Source of the DNA: the human T2T-CHM13v2.0 reference genome, Homo sapiens | Length of the DNA stretch: 64,000 bases | Assembly (NCBI RefSeq): GCF_009914755.1 | Contig: NC_060938.1 | Direction: 5' to 3' (one strand) | Shown: piece by piece, positions 13,900-27,518 of the stretch | Layout of the letters: each line of letters opens with the position of its first letter | Position numbering within the stretch: the first letter of the stretch is position 1 | Position numbers and translations under genes: made by a program | The notes under the pieces: generated by a model | Seen by the model: the letters and a program-made list of their open reading frames with translations, nothing else | Told to the model about the DNA's origin: nothing | Database searches by the model: none

Positions 13900-14800
13900 T
13901 CCAGGCTTTCTAAATATATTTTTAACATAATTGAAATTACACTGTATGCTAGATGATACCTAGTTTGTAAACATTATACCTTGAACAATGCCCTAGAGTG
14001 TTTTTTTACAACATAATTTTTACTGAATGCATAGTATTTCATCATATCATTTCATAAATCTTTAAGTAATATTGATACTTTAGGGTTGGATATTTGTATT
14101 GCTTCCAGGTTTCCACCATCATAAATAACATTAAAGTGAGTCTTCTTATAGATTTGTTTTTCTGGCTGGTATTTTCTTAAAGTAAGTGTCCAGAAGAGGT
14201 TTTGCTAGGTTAAAGAATCAACACATTTTAAGACCTCCGATATATATTACCACATCACTTAACAGAAAGCTTTCAGTGAGCAACATGAAAACAAGAGAAT
14301 GCCGGATCCTCTGCATTAAAAAAAAAACATTTCCTAAAAATCATTTCAATGAACATAATGATTAGTTGATTTAAAAGATATAAATTTAATGAGGCTTCCA
14401 CCCATTTCATGTCTGGAATGGCTGTCAGAAATTTTGAGTATTTCTTTAGTAATTTTCCATGCAAATCTATCCATATATTTGTGTATGTACTCACAATAGC
14501 ATATACTATTACGTATGTGTGCCTGCATTCTATTTACTAAGAAATAAACATGACATCTCCTATTTGAATTTTTTCACTTAATAGTACGTGTTGCCTATCT
14601 TTCTATGTCAATGTCAGCATATATATCTATTTCATTCTTTTTAATGACTTTTTACTGTTGCATAGTATATAAATTTTTTATGCTACAAAGCGTTTCATGA
14701 TAAGAGCTGCCTGCTAAAAATAGCAAAACTGGCACATAATTTAACATTTTCTTATTTTTGAGCATTCAAGATGCTTCTAGAAATCATTATTTTTAAAAGT
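13900..14800 (-). mobile_element. Old L1M fragments
   Basis: gcatagtatttcatcat...ggatatttgtattgcttccaggttt; tttttcacttaatagta...ctatttcattctttttaatg antisense L1 3' motifs. Confidence 0.55.
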
Positions 14801-14887
14801 TTTATAATATGGTATACAAAAAAGGAGGGGTATGATTAATTTACTTCATTTGGCAGTAGAATATATTCATCTTTGTCATCCGCCTTC

Positions 14888-15196
<309 letters not shown>

Positions 15197-16044
15197 GTCA
15201 TCCGCCTTCTTTTGTGAGTATATTAATTACATGTCTTTATAGGTAATGATTTTTATTGTTATTCTTTTCCTTGATTTTTCTGAACTCACTCAATATTTAG
15301 AATAACATTTTTCCATGCAACTAAAATATATTTTGTCATTCATCTTCTTTGTTTTTATTTTATTGTATTTTTTTGAATTTTTATTTGGCTAGATATATCA
15401 ATCTCTTTTACTCAAATTTTATTATTTGTATTATACTCAGAAAGATCCAAAAGCTTATATGATCTTCTATATTTTCTTGAAGTTCTATTATAAATTATTT
15501 AAACAATTAAATTTTATTACAGTTCCACTTTTCTGGACTTCCCATATCATCATATAGCATTAGCTTGAATGTTACAGTGGCACATCAATGAAAATAAATG
15601 GTAGATTTCGCCCTATAATCGAGGCCAAAGAGATGGTGCCATCTTTCTGTATGCATTGAGGAGACTTCCCCTCATCTGCTCTTCATTGCTGATGTTAAAA
15701 AAAAAGTGGCTATAGTCATTGAAAGGGTCATGTAATTTTTAATGGGGGTAGCCGAGAGTCATGTCCAAATGCCAGCTAAAGTAATTACATTCTGCTTATA
15801 AGGAATAGCAGTATAATTTCAATTAGAATAGTACCAAATGGACTCATATAAACCTGGGGGTTTGAAATCCACTCAGGTCACCAGAAGATAAATGAGACAT
15901 GTGACTGGAGACATGCCCAGAGGTAAAATTAATTTTTAGGCTGTTTCTGATGGCTAAGAGTCAATGGCCTATTTCCAAGACAGACAGGTATGGACAAGAA
16001 GGGAAGTGGTGGGAGGAGGGAGAAGGAGTGGTAGACTATCAATC

Positions 16045-16270
16045 AAAAATGTAATAGTAACACTTAGGACTACTCCATGTCAAATCATTGAGTACCCATA
16101 ACAAACCATGAGGTAGTACTATTCTACTATCCTTATATTACAGATTAATAAAAAGGAGACTATTGAGTGATCAGAAAGATTAAGTGATTACCCAAACAAC
16201 ATAATTATTAAGAGGGGGGAGGTGGCACTGGATCCCAGGCATTCTGGCTCCCAGGACTGTCACTCTCCTC
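16045..16270 (-). mobile_element. MIR SINE
   Basis: cataacaaaccatgaggtagtactatt...tttacagat...ttaagtgattaccca...cccaggcattctggctcc. Confidence 0.65.
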
Positions 16271-16494
16271 TGATCTGTATTGTCACGAAAATCCTACTTG
16301 TCCTCAACCTCCTGAAAAGCGTCGTCATAAAGAAGTGTTTGGAAGTTGGTCCATAATTTTACAATCGGCTCCGTGTTTGCTGTATTTTACACTCAAAAAT
16401 TAAGTGAGCTATTTATAAAGGGCTTAAAACAATCCTTGACACAAAGTAAGCAACACCTGAATTTTAGTAATGAATAAAATAAATCAGCTCAATT

Positions 16495-16900
16495 ATATTT
16501 ATTCAATGCTTATTACGTTGCAGGCACTCTGCCAGGTATTGGAAACACAACATTGAGCACAAGAGACTAAGCCACTATTCCTTTAAACCCACAGTTGAGT
16601 AGGGAGAAAAATGTACATGTAAAGTAAAATTTCACAATTATTATTTCATAACTCTTGTGAAAACTGCCATACAAATAAATGCAATGTATCTTGAGGGTAT
16701 ATGGCAGAGAGACTCGACTCAGGGTACAAGCTCACGCAAGATCCAAAGGCACTGAGAATTGATCTAAGAACCAAGAGATGATATGGAGGTAGGCAAAAAG
16801 AGGGCTGGGTGAGAGCCTTCTAGGTAGAGAGAAACTCAAGATACAGAGGCCCCGAGGCAGAAGGGCGATTGGCAAACTGGAATGTCCAGGAATAGGACTA
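16495..16900 (-). mobile_element. L2 LINE fragment
   Basis: tatttattcaatgcttattacgttgcaggcactctgccagg...ttctaggtagagagaaac...cagaggccc. Confidence 0.6.
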
Positions 16901-17029
16901 CTGTGTTTAGTTTTTATTAAACAAAAGCAAGGGAGACATCCAAGAAAGTTTCAGATGAGACCTCTACTCTCCCCAAGGCCTCTCTCTGCACCTACCTCCG
17001 CTTTTGTTTCAGCTCACTTCTCCACCATA

Positions 17030-17930
17030 CCAAATGTTGTGGACAACTCACTGCCTTTTTCATTGGTCTTCCTTGACAATGATCTTTCCTGGTGCTGTAG
17101 GTGGAGTTGTGACCACACCTTCTCCTCTCCTGTTAAAAGTTGCATAACTCAAACTTCCAGTCTCACCCTCTTTCTCTTACACTATGTACATTACCCAGGT
17201 GAGCTCATCTACTATTATACCGTTACTGCATCTGCTTCCTGGTGACACCCAAATCTGCTCATACAGTTTGATTTCTGCACTGAATTCAAAAGCTCCCTAC
17301 TGAACAGCATCATCTGAGTGTCTGTGTAGCCTCTCGTCTTCAACATGTCCACACCTATCTCCTTTATTCTGTGCCAGGCTTTCTTCTCTCTGTTTCAATT
17401 TTTAGTTAACGGCATCTCTTTTACCCAGTTTCCCAGACAGAGTCCTAGGAATCATCCCTTACTTCTCCTCTCCTGAATGTTCAATCAGTCACTAAATACC
17501 ATTGCATCTACCTTCTTACCATCTCCTGAATCTCTTCACTTCTGTCTGTGTCCCTTACTTTAGGTCCTCTCTTTATCACCAGTATTTGTGTATTAGTCAT
17601 CTAAATGCTTTCCTTGTCACCAGCCTTGGTTCTCAGGATCCGTCTCTCATAACACTACCAGAGTGATCTTTTAGGTATAAAATATGTTCACATCCCTCTC
17701 TTGTTTCAAATTATTTTATGATTCCATTGCCTGCAAAATCAAATCAGAACACAAGGCCTTCATGACGGGAGTTCCATGTTTAACTCTCCATCCACTCATC
17801 CATCCTGGCCACTCTTCCACTTTATGTCAACTATCTTTTCATTCAGAACTATATGTTGCTTCTGGAGCCAAGCATGATCTTCCTCTTCAAGTCTTCTGGA
17901 AAGTCTTTCCTTCCTCTCAATATTGATCAG
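17030..17930 (+). mobile_element. L2 LINE fragment (pyrimidine-rich sense strand)
   Basis: caacatgtcc...cctaggaatcatcc...caatcagtcactaaat...ccagagtgatctttt...caaggccttcatga. Confidence 0.7.
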
Positions 17931-17999
17931 CCTAACCTCTACCATCTCAATAAACCTACTGTGAGCCAGTCTTGCAGCAGAACTTCATACTTCACTTGA

Positions 18000-18097
18000 T
18001 TAACATATATCTAGCTCCACTCTAACAGGGGTGCCATGATGACACCTTTTAACATATATCTAGCTCCACTCTAACAGGGGTGCCATGATGACACCTT
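18000..18097 (+). repeat. Perfect 49-bp tandem duplication (2 copies)
   Basis: ttaacatatatctagctccactctaacaggggtgccatgatgacacctt at 18000-18048 and 18049-18097. Confidence 0.97.
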
Positions 18098-18385
18098 GGG
18101 TCCCCAAATATCAAAGCCAACTAAGACCCATATGCAACAATAATAGAGTGACTGGGTGCTCCCTTTTCCCAAGTATACCAATATAGGCATTCATAGTTGT
18201 CCTTGGGTCAGAAACATTATTATGGGAAATCATTACTGTAACACTTGCCATTATATTGCAGGATTTTTTCTCATGGATACTGACCTCTCCTTCTGTCAAT
18301 GGGTTGTGAGCCAGAAGGCTGTCTTAGGTCCAGAGACTGGAAAGGTGTGAAATACATGTACATAGTTTCTCTACATGCATTACCT

Positions 18386-18716
<331 letters not shown>

Positions 18717-18959
18717 TAATATTTCAAAATATAGATGGTATTATGCACATACATGTTACCAATTAGAAAATCAAGGCTCAAGAAAGTTATGTAATTAGCC
18801 CATGCAATGCAATTTATAAGTATCAGAGACACTATTGGAAGGAAGGTCACTTCACGGGACAGTTTATTTTCCTTCCACCCCATCCAGTGTAGGCTCAATA
18901 CAAACAGCATAAGAGCATGGTCTCACTGGAAAATAGCTTTACCTCTGAAGGTAAACTGT

Positions 18960-19135
18960 GTTTCTGTGGAACAGTTTTTTTCACTCATAAAATACCAAGA
19001 ATGATAGTACATATGTGACAGAGCTTTTGTGAGGATTAAATGACATAAAGTAGGCAGAGGGCTTAGCAAAATAGTGGGCATGTAATAAGCACTGATTAAA
19101 TATTAGCTATCATCAATATTGTTATTATCATTGTT
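18960..19135 (+). mobile_element. MIR SINE
   Basis: ttgtgaggattaaatgacataa...gcttagca...tgtaataagcactgattaaatattagctat. Confidence 0.7.
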
Positions 19136-20649
19136 AATAAGAATCGGACAAACTATAAAGCAATTAACATGACACCTAGCACAAAATTATTAGCTATTAC
19201 TTTTATAGCTAATATTTTTATCAGCTATATTATTAGCTTATGTTATTAGTTATATTAGTTTAATATGACCACTAATAATATAATAATTATTAATCTTTGT
19301 GAAATATGTATAGTCCATTAATTTAATACCTCTCTTACAGTAAATTTTCCAAAAATGTTAATGTTTAATGGTGCTTCATGGCATATGATCATTGCATATA
19401 TGTTGTGGAAACTTGAAAATGTTTCTAAACAAACCTACATTGTACTTTACAATGCCTTAGTTGTGGGAAAACCGTCACCATGCTGCTGTAAAAACCCTTG
19501 ATAGTACTCTCAGGTGTAGCGGCAACTTTGGATATCTATGTACATTTAGTCAAATTATTCTAGAACTTTATTCAAGTCCCTAAGCTGGGACCAGTCCAAC
19601 CCACCACCCACTTCACTGACTTAATCTGAAATGCAAATGTAACAACATCCTTCTGGCTCCAAAATTTGGGAGGAGCTTTATTCTAAGTAGTTAAATGGGA
19701 ATATCCCAGTAGTGACAGTCTTCTGCATCTCAATTAAAATTAACAATAGGCATGCCATATTTTGCGACTTCACACGTTGGTAGACCTTCTTTTTAGTTTA
19801 AAAGAGAAAGAAACATACCATCTTCTTATAAGCACCAGTAAGATGAAGAATTTACCTTGATCTTGAACCTCACATCCATATTAGCCTTCCTTCTACATGA
19901 CGCCACAGTCTGCATGAGTGAAGATCATCCCATCAGAATTATTAGCTCAGCATAATTTCCGTAACAGATTCCCAGGGAACAGTGAAGAACAACCCAGGTA
20001 TAATAGCAAAGAATGCTTTTGTTCAATTTCTACCTAGAAGGTAGAAATACACACACCCATATTACCATTGTTTCCACCTCAACAATAAGATAGAAGCCAG
20101 ATCATGCACAAAATGATTGCTTTTCTTGAGCCCACCGGGACCTGAGATTTGAAAGCAACAAAATGGGCAGAATTCCAAAGGGTCAGCTCCTCTGAGGAGC
20201 GAAGACGGACAAACAAACTCCTTACCTTTGATGGAACATGGGAGGAAGTGGCTGGTGCCATAGACTCAGATAAGAAAGAAATCTGCTCAAATGTTAAAAT
20301 AATTCTTAAAGGCTGAATGTGGGTTATCATATCAGTTAAGAAAGACTGGAAACTCTCACATGAAGAAGTTTATAGGCACTGGCAAGCTCTTTTTCACAAG
20401 CCCCACCTAAAAAATAAAGCTCCTATGAAAGATGAAGGGATTGCAGGCAGGGCAGGAGACTGAAGAGAGTTCCCCCTCAGTGGTGCAGGTGAGCGGGTGG
20501 AAATCAGCTGCTGCTGGGGTGGGGCATAAAGCCTCGCCCACTGCCCAGGCCTCTTCTGTCATACAAGGCACCCTTCTCAAACTGTTGGTTTTTGGGAGAG
20601 TACAGGAAACACTCAAGCCACAGGGACCCAGGCAAAAAACAAATACTTC

Positions 20650-20815
20650 TGATAGGAGGATAAGAGTATCAGTTACATTGAATTAGGGCCCACCCTAATA
20701 GCCTCTTCTCAACTAATTACATCTGCAATGACCTTATTTCCAATTAAGGTTTCATTCTGCGATGCTAGGGGTTACCAGTACCAATTCTGAGCGGGACACA
20801 ATTCAACCTCTAATA
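20650..20815 (-). mobile_element. MLT1 (A/B/C-type) LTR fragment
   Basis: attagggcccaccctaat...aactaattacatctgcaatgaccttatttcca...gggacacaattcaacc. Confidence 0.75.
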
Positions 20816-20939
20816 AAGTGGCAGCAGAAATGCTGAGAAAGCCCTACTTTTAAGGCCCAGAGACATGGAATCTTTCTAGTACTGAGGCTGGAGCAGAGAA
20901 CAAAAATTCTTACCAACCTCCAGTGACCATAGCACCAAG

Positions 20940-22085
20940 TAATTAGAAATTATTTTGAATTAAATGGAAATAAAAACATACCATACCAATATTTGTGGGG
21001 TACAGGTAAAGCAGTATTTAGTATTTAGAGAGAAATTCTTAGCATTAAATACTTATAGTTGAAAAAAACAATAAATTTTGAAGTCAATGAACTAAGCTTC
21101 CACCCTAGGAAAACAGAATAAGGGCAAATTAAACACAAAGCAATTGGAAGAAAAAAAAAACATGGAAAAATAATTAAAACAGAAAAATAAATACAGACAA
21201 ACCACTAAAATCCAAGATGGCTCTTTCAAAGAAAACAGAAAAAAAAGAAATTAAAAATGACCAATGTCAGAAGAGAGAAAGGGGACATCACAGTAAGTGC
21301 TACAACAGGATGAGGAAAGACTACCACCAACGTTATGCCAACACATTTGGAAGTATTGATGAAATGAATAAATCTCTTAAAAACACAAACTGCCAGTGCT
21401 CACTCAAGAAAGAAAAATAGAGGAGCAGAATAACATTTTGTCTGTTGAATAAATTAAATTTATGGGTAAAAATATCAGAGAATTCCAAGTCTAGGTGATT
21501 CCCTCGATGAATTCTTCCCATCATTTAAAGAAGAATTAATACTTATTTTATTCGAACTCTTCCAGAAAATAGAAGATATATGTATACTTCCCAACTTATT
21601 TCATGAGGCCAGCATTGTCCTAATATAAAAGCTGTACCAAGGCATTATAAGAAAACTGAAAACAATATTTCTCTCATGAACATAGGCAGATAAACTCTTA
21701 GCAAAATATTAGTAAATTGAATTCAGCAAAACATAAAAGGAATTATACACCAGAGCCATGTGGGTTTTATCCTCAGAATACAAGATTGGTTCCACATTTG
21801 AAAATCAATCAGTGTAATAGACTATATCGACAGATGAAAAAGAAAAAAGTTATTGATCTTCTCGATACGCTCAAAAAATTCTACTATATTCTACATTCAT
21901 TCATGATAAAAATCTCAGTAGAAATAGAAACTTATCAACCTGAAAAAGGGCATTGATGAAAAATTTCAACTACCAACCATTACACTTACCAGTGAAAGAC
22001 AGCATGTTTCCCCCTTGAAGAACAACACAACGATGCTCACCCAATATTTCTATCAACATTGAATCAGACGTCCTATTGATTGTGA
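20940..22085 (+). mobile_element. Old L1 (L1M) ORF2 remnant, disrupted
   Basis: attttgaattaaatg...aaagcagtatttag...gatgaaatgaataaatc...aactcttccagaaaatagaa...tctcatgaacatag...aaaatcaatcagtgtaat; many stops and frameshifts. Confidence 0.85.
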
Positions 22086-22552
22086 GGAATTTCGAAAGCG
22101 CTTAGCATAAGATTTCTTTCTTGTCTACCTTCCACCACCTTCTCTAACTGATTTACTATTTCTCCCCACATGCATTCTACACCCCAGTTTTTTGAAGATG
22201 TCAGGCTATTTTGTAACTCTTTGCCTTTATTCTTACTACTTTTGCCTTCTGAATTGTATTTTATCTTTTTGTTGAACTTAAGGGTGACATTTTAGTCTAA
22301 TGCTCTCCCAATTGAGCAATTTCAGCTGACTAGAAGGGTGACTTTCATAGACACAAAATACTTTTTAGATATTCTCTTTTATTTCCAAAATTAATGTTGG
22401 GTTTCTTTAAGTTACCAATTCAAATTCTTACTTTATCATTAAGTTTTTGAGTTTAACTTGTAAGTTCAATTCTACTTGTAGGTTTAGCTGATTTTAGCAA
22501 TAACTTTAAAGGACACTTCAAATAATTTTGTGTTCCATTTGGAAACTTTTAA

Positions 22553-22890
<338 letters not shown>

Positions 22891-22969
22891 AAATATTTTA
22901 GTTTTTATATTTTAATATGTTTTAGTTTGTTTTTCACTATGTTGCCTCAACTAATAATTACAAAATAAC

Positions 22970-23130
22970 TTACTATATTTTTGAATCTAAAATAGTGTTG
23001 GTTATAAGAAGTAACAACACTTTACACACGTCTGAAAAGAAAAATGTTGCCAGTTAAACTATGATACGTTGTTGGTCAAATGACACATTCCAATTTCAGC
23101 AATAAGTGTGTCACTTAGAATATGAAAAAA
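22970..23130. mobile_element. MER104-like (Tc2/Kanga) DNA transposon relic
   Basis: gaatctaa...aagaaaaaatgttgccagttaaactatga...atttcag...cttagaat resembles recalled consensus. Confidence 0.45.
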
Positions 23131-23158
23131 AATGTTTTTAGAATTGCTAAAGTACACA

Positions 23159-23490
23159 GCTGGGCATGGTGGCTCACACTTGTAATTGCAGCACTTTGGG
23201 AGGCCAAGTTGGGAGAATTACTTGTGCTCAGGAGTGAAACCAACCTGGACAACCAAGCAAGACCCTAGCTCAGCAACAACAAGAAAAATAAAAACTTAGC
23301 TGGGCATGGTGGCGCAATGCATATTGCGCCTCAGGAGGTTCAGGTAGTAGGATCCCAGCTCCTCAGGAGGTTCAGGTGGTAGGATCACACGAGCCCTGGA
23401 GATTGAGGCTGCAGTGAGCCATGATCACGCCACTGCACTCCAGCCTAGGTGACAGAACGAGAACTTGTATCAACAACAACAACAAAAAAA
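23159..23490 (+). mobile_element. AluJ SINE with internal templated insertion
   Basis: J-type features (tgctcaggag, gagccctggagattgaggctgcagtgagccatgatc); (caa)n tail. Confidence 0.88.
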
Positions 23491-24959
23491 TTGATAAAAT
23501 ATGGTTAATATCACTTAAAAATACAAGTTAAATCTGTAATTAGGTAACCCTTAAATATTTTTGAATTTTTCATCATGAACACAAACTTGCAACTGATTTC
23601 AACTCAAAATAAGTCTAAATAACACAATTTAATTTGGAGATAGCATATTAGGCCAAATTCAGTCAACATTATTTAAAAAATCAAGCGTACACTGTCTTTC
23701 TTAACACACATTTTTTAAAAATCACACTTTAGTTTTAATTGTGTCGCTTACAATAGTTGTCTTAGATTTGACAAAATATAGTGTTGTCCCAAGTGCCTGC
23801 AATGTACCCTACCCCTTGCTCCCTAATACACTTTCCCTACTCTAAGGTTTGGATACTCATGAATCCAATAAGTTTGTTTTGTGTCTTTAAAATCATGTTG
23901 ATATACTTATATGCCTGTCTTCTCATTATGTGAACTCCCTTAGGACAAAGACCAACCTTTATCTTTGCGTTATCTATTAAAGCTATATAATCGATGTTCA
24001 ATACATATTCCCTCTTTCATTTTTAAAAATTTTTTGGTACCTACTATGTGTTAGGCCCTATGCTAAATACTGAGGATAAAATGTCAGATTCGCCCTGACT
24101 TCCAGGGGCTTACAGTTTAGTAGGGAAGCAGTGGATGCTGTGTGTGAACATACCTGAGGGGCCAAATCAGATGGAAGTGCTGAGATGAAGGAGTGACATA
24201 CGGGTGAGGAAAATATTCTGAAGGTAGCATTTAAAGTTTCCATGTGTGTTAACTGCATGAAAGACATCCTCCTGTGTTATCAAAAATTAAATCAGATAGT
24301 TTTAAATAAAAGAAATCTATAGTCCTAAATTTATGAACAAACATAATATATAATCAAATTTAAAGTTTATATCATTAAAAGTATAATTGACCAAAATTCA
24401 ATACTTATTGAAAACAAAGTTGCAGAAAATGATGCATACACATCAGTTTAGATGACTTATGGAGGTAATTAACTTAAAAAAAAAATCCTAGAAGAGAAGC
24501 AGAGTTACCCCTCACATTGTTGGTTTGTTTTGGTAGGAGTGAGGAAGACACACTACCAAAGAAATTGAGAAATTGACGGCAATAGAAAAAACAATGTAGT
24601 TTAGAGAACAATTCAGAACTTCATCGTAAAAGAAAATGCTTTCACTTTCTATTTGGCTAAAACGGCTATTAGAGCTAGAGTCTGGACAGCCACCATGTCC
24701 TTTCCTCTGACTCTCAATGTGTGGTTTCAGTTGGAGAGGGAAGGCTCCAGAGAAGCCCGGTGCAGTTGCAGAATTTGTACATCAGGGATACATTCCCAAC
24801 TCAATTGAAGGTAGAGGAGTGGGTACTCGAAACGTTGGGTATCCCACTCAACAGTTTTAGGGTCTTCTATGCCAATCAGCAGCTGAAGCTGTGTTAGGGC
24901 ATTTGGGGGACAGATAAGATGCTCCACAATAAACATCTGTGCTAGCTGGGCTTCTTCTT

Positions 24960-25135
24960 TTTTTTTCATTTATCTATTCATATGTTAATTAAAAAATACT
25001 TATCAAGGTCTTACTGTGTGCCAAGTGGTCTTGCAGGTCCTGTCAATATGCAGTTAAGAAAGACATTACCCCCAGTGCACAGTCTAAGGAGATGCAGACA
25101 TGCAAACAATTGAAATAAAATGATATCATCAACTG
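24960..25135 (-). mobile_element. L2 3' fragment
   Basis: aaaatacttatcaaggtcttactgtgtgccaag...acagtctaaggagatgcagacatg. Confidence 0.55.
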
Positions 25136-26769
25136 AAGAGAGACAGATAAACCTGGAGTGAGGTGGATCAATATAGGAATATTCCACTGGGTCTGTAGCC
25201 ATTTAATATCAGTTTAAATGTTAAATAGGAGAGAAGACTTAGAAAACAGAGAAAGCTTATTAATAATCCCCTATTTCTTTTGCTTTCTTCAGTTATTTTT
25301 GGCTTTAATAATGTTCTGTGTCCTGTCACATTTGTAAAGGGCATTGCTCTTCAAAGTGTGATTTGAGGAGTTCCAGGGGGTTCCTAAAACCTTCCCAGCA
25401 TTCCCAACTCAGGTTAGATAGGAGTAAGTGACAAATATATTAGAAGAGACTCACTTTTACAGCTATTATTTCCTTAGGTTTCATTGTAACATTTTATTTG
25501 GACAAATAGTTCTATGATCAAAAATATAAGAATAAAAATTCATCATAAATTATTATACATATTGATCCTTACTACTAATAATAAGCTATGTATTTAATCT
25601 AGAAAATAATAATGAGAAATAGCATGAGATTTCTATTTGCTTATAGTTGGTCTATGGTGACTACCGAATTCATATTCAAAGAACTCTACAAATCATAATA
25701 AAGATCAAGGAATTTCTATATTCAGAAAAATTGATGTGAAGAGGTCTTACAAGGCTTGAAAAATAATTGCATTAATAGCAGAAGGAAAAAATAAACTTCA
25801 CAGACACGGAAAAACAAAACAATTTTGAAGTACTTTTCTGTTTTCATAACTTTTACAAGAGAAGAGATGGAATAAGATGAGGTTGGCAACTGTTGCATTC
25901 AGAGCCCTATTCATTAATACAACTAGCCAAATATGAACATCAAACAGATAAGGCAGGGGGAACCCATGCTACATTTGTAGAGAGGAAAAAAAAAGGTATA
26001 TAAGTGACAACACATCTGTACATTAAAATTTAAAGAGCAAATAGAGTTAAGTAAGTGCTTTAAAAATAGTCACCAATAAATTCAGTTGTTAAGTTTAACA
26101 CTGACCTATACTACGTTGCTCTTTCTCAGAACTGATATCCTTTCTTTCTTTTCCACCTCTGATTAATGCAACATTTACAATACACGGAGAAACAGTGGAT
26201 GTACAGCACTATAATGAGCTGAGGTGCCTAAATCTTGTAAAGATTCCGTAACTAGCAGCTAGAAACTAAAATTAGGATGAAACCATTTAAGTCCAAAGAA
26301 TGTAACTTCCCCTAGCATCTATCAAAAGCTTCGCTCTTAATCTTATGATTGGAAATGGTTATTGCTGCTTAAACTGAATCTTCCTGGTTAATTCAGTCTC
26401 TGTCAGTGTTTAAATGAATTTTATGGTAGAATTTCAGTCAGTTCTCTGAGGATTCCACCACACAGAGACAGAGGAGACCCCTGAAAAGCAAGATTTTTTG
26501 TTTTGTTTTATTTTTGTGCTACTTGCTATCATCGTTGATGAGTTTTCTGAAAGAGGAGAAGTTATTTCTGGCTTTTGCCCGGTGCTATAGAGATCTTTGC
26601 CCTGAAGAGGTCAGAGAGTTTCTCTTCGGATCCAGCAAGTTTTCATGAAGATCCTTACCTTAATTCTTGAATGCTACTCACCTTATTTTCTCAGTATTCT
26701 ACGTCTCCTAAAAATCTTCTGGAAGATTGGTGGGGACCAGTTAGATGGAGGCACACTAAACATTTATTT

Positions 26770-26960
26770 CTAAATTTTTGAGGTTAAATACGGATGCATA
26801 GCTACATATAGATTGAAATAAACAACACATAACTTTTTTGCATAAGTATGTTACATGCAATAATAGAAATATGCTATACTAAACATTGATTTGTTATTTT
26901 TCTAAAATCCAAAATTAACTGGGTGTCCTATAATTTTACTTGCTCAATCTGGCAACCCTA
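26770..26960. mobile_element. MER53 palindromic MITE
   Basis: ataaacaac...gcataagtatgttacatgcaata...ttgttattttctaaaatccaaaattaactgggtgtcct...atctggcaacccta. Confidence 0.7.
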
Positions 26961-27099
26961 CTAGCCACATAGATAACAAAGTATGTTTACACATTTGGTG
27001 AAATGATAGTCAGAGGCACATGCCATACCTGATTGCATCACTATGGCAAATATATTGCTTTCTCTAAAGAAACAGAGTGAATTCAGGCAAACTATAAAT

Positions 27100-27220
27100 T
27101 ATATATATATATACACCTATGGGTTTATATATACATATGGGTTTATATATATATATATGTTTATATATGGGTTTATATATATATGTTTATATATGGCTTT
27201 ATATATATATATATATATAT
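27100..27220 (+). repeat. Compound (TA)n array with (g)gttt interruptions
   Basis: tatatatat...atgggtttatatatac...atatatatatatgg adjacent to an Alu tail. Confidence 0.93.
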
Positions 27221-27222
27221 GG

Positions 27223-27518
<296 letters not shown>

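Noticed and set aside
18000-18097. Direct repeats (here and at 38611-38757) as a CRISPR-like array
   Set aside because: Only two copies, no regular spacers, no cas genes, and primate DNA
19095-19290. Recurring tattagcta motifs
   Set aside because: Degenerate AT-rich low complexity derived from a MIR 3' end
20940-22085. Reverse-transcriptase-like coding potential
   Set aside because: Heavily decayed L1 ORF2 with many stops; not a functional gene or novel RT system
26770-26960. Hairpin suggestive of a pre-miRNA
   Set aside because: Explained by a palindromic MER53 MITE with a decayed left arm; no evidence of processing
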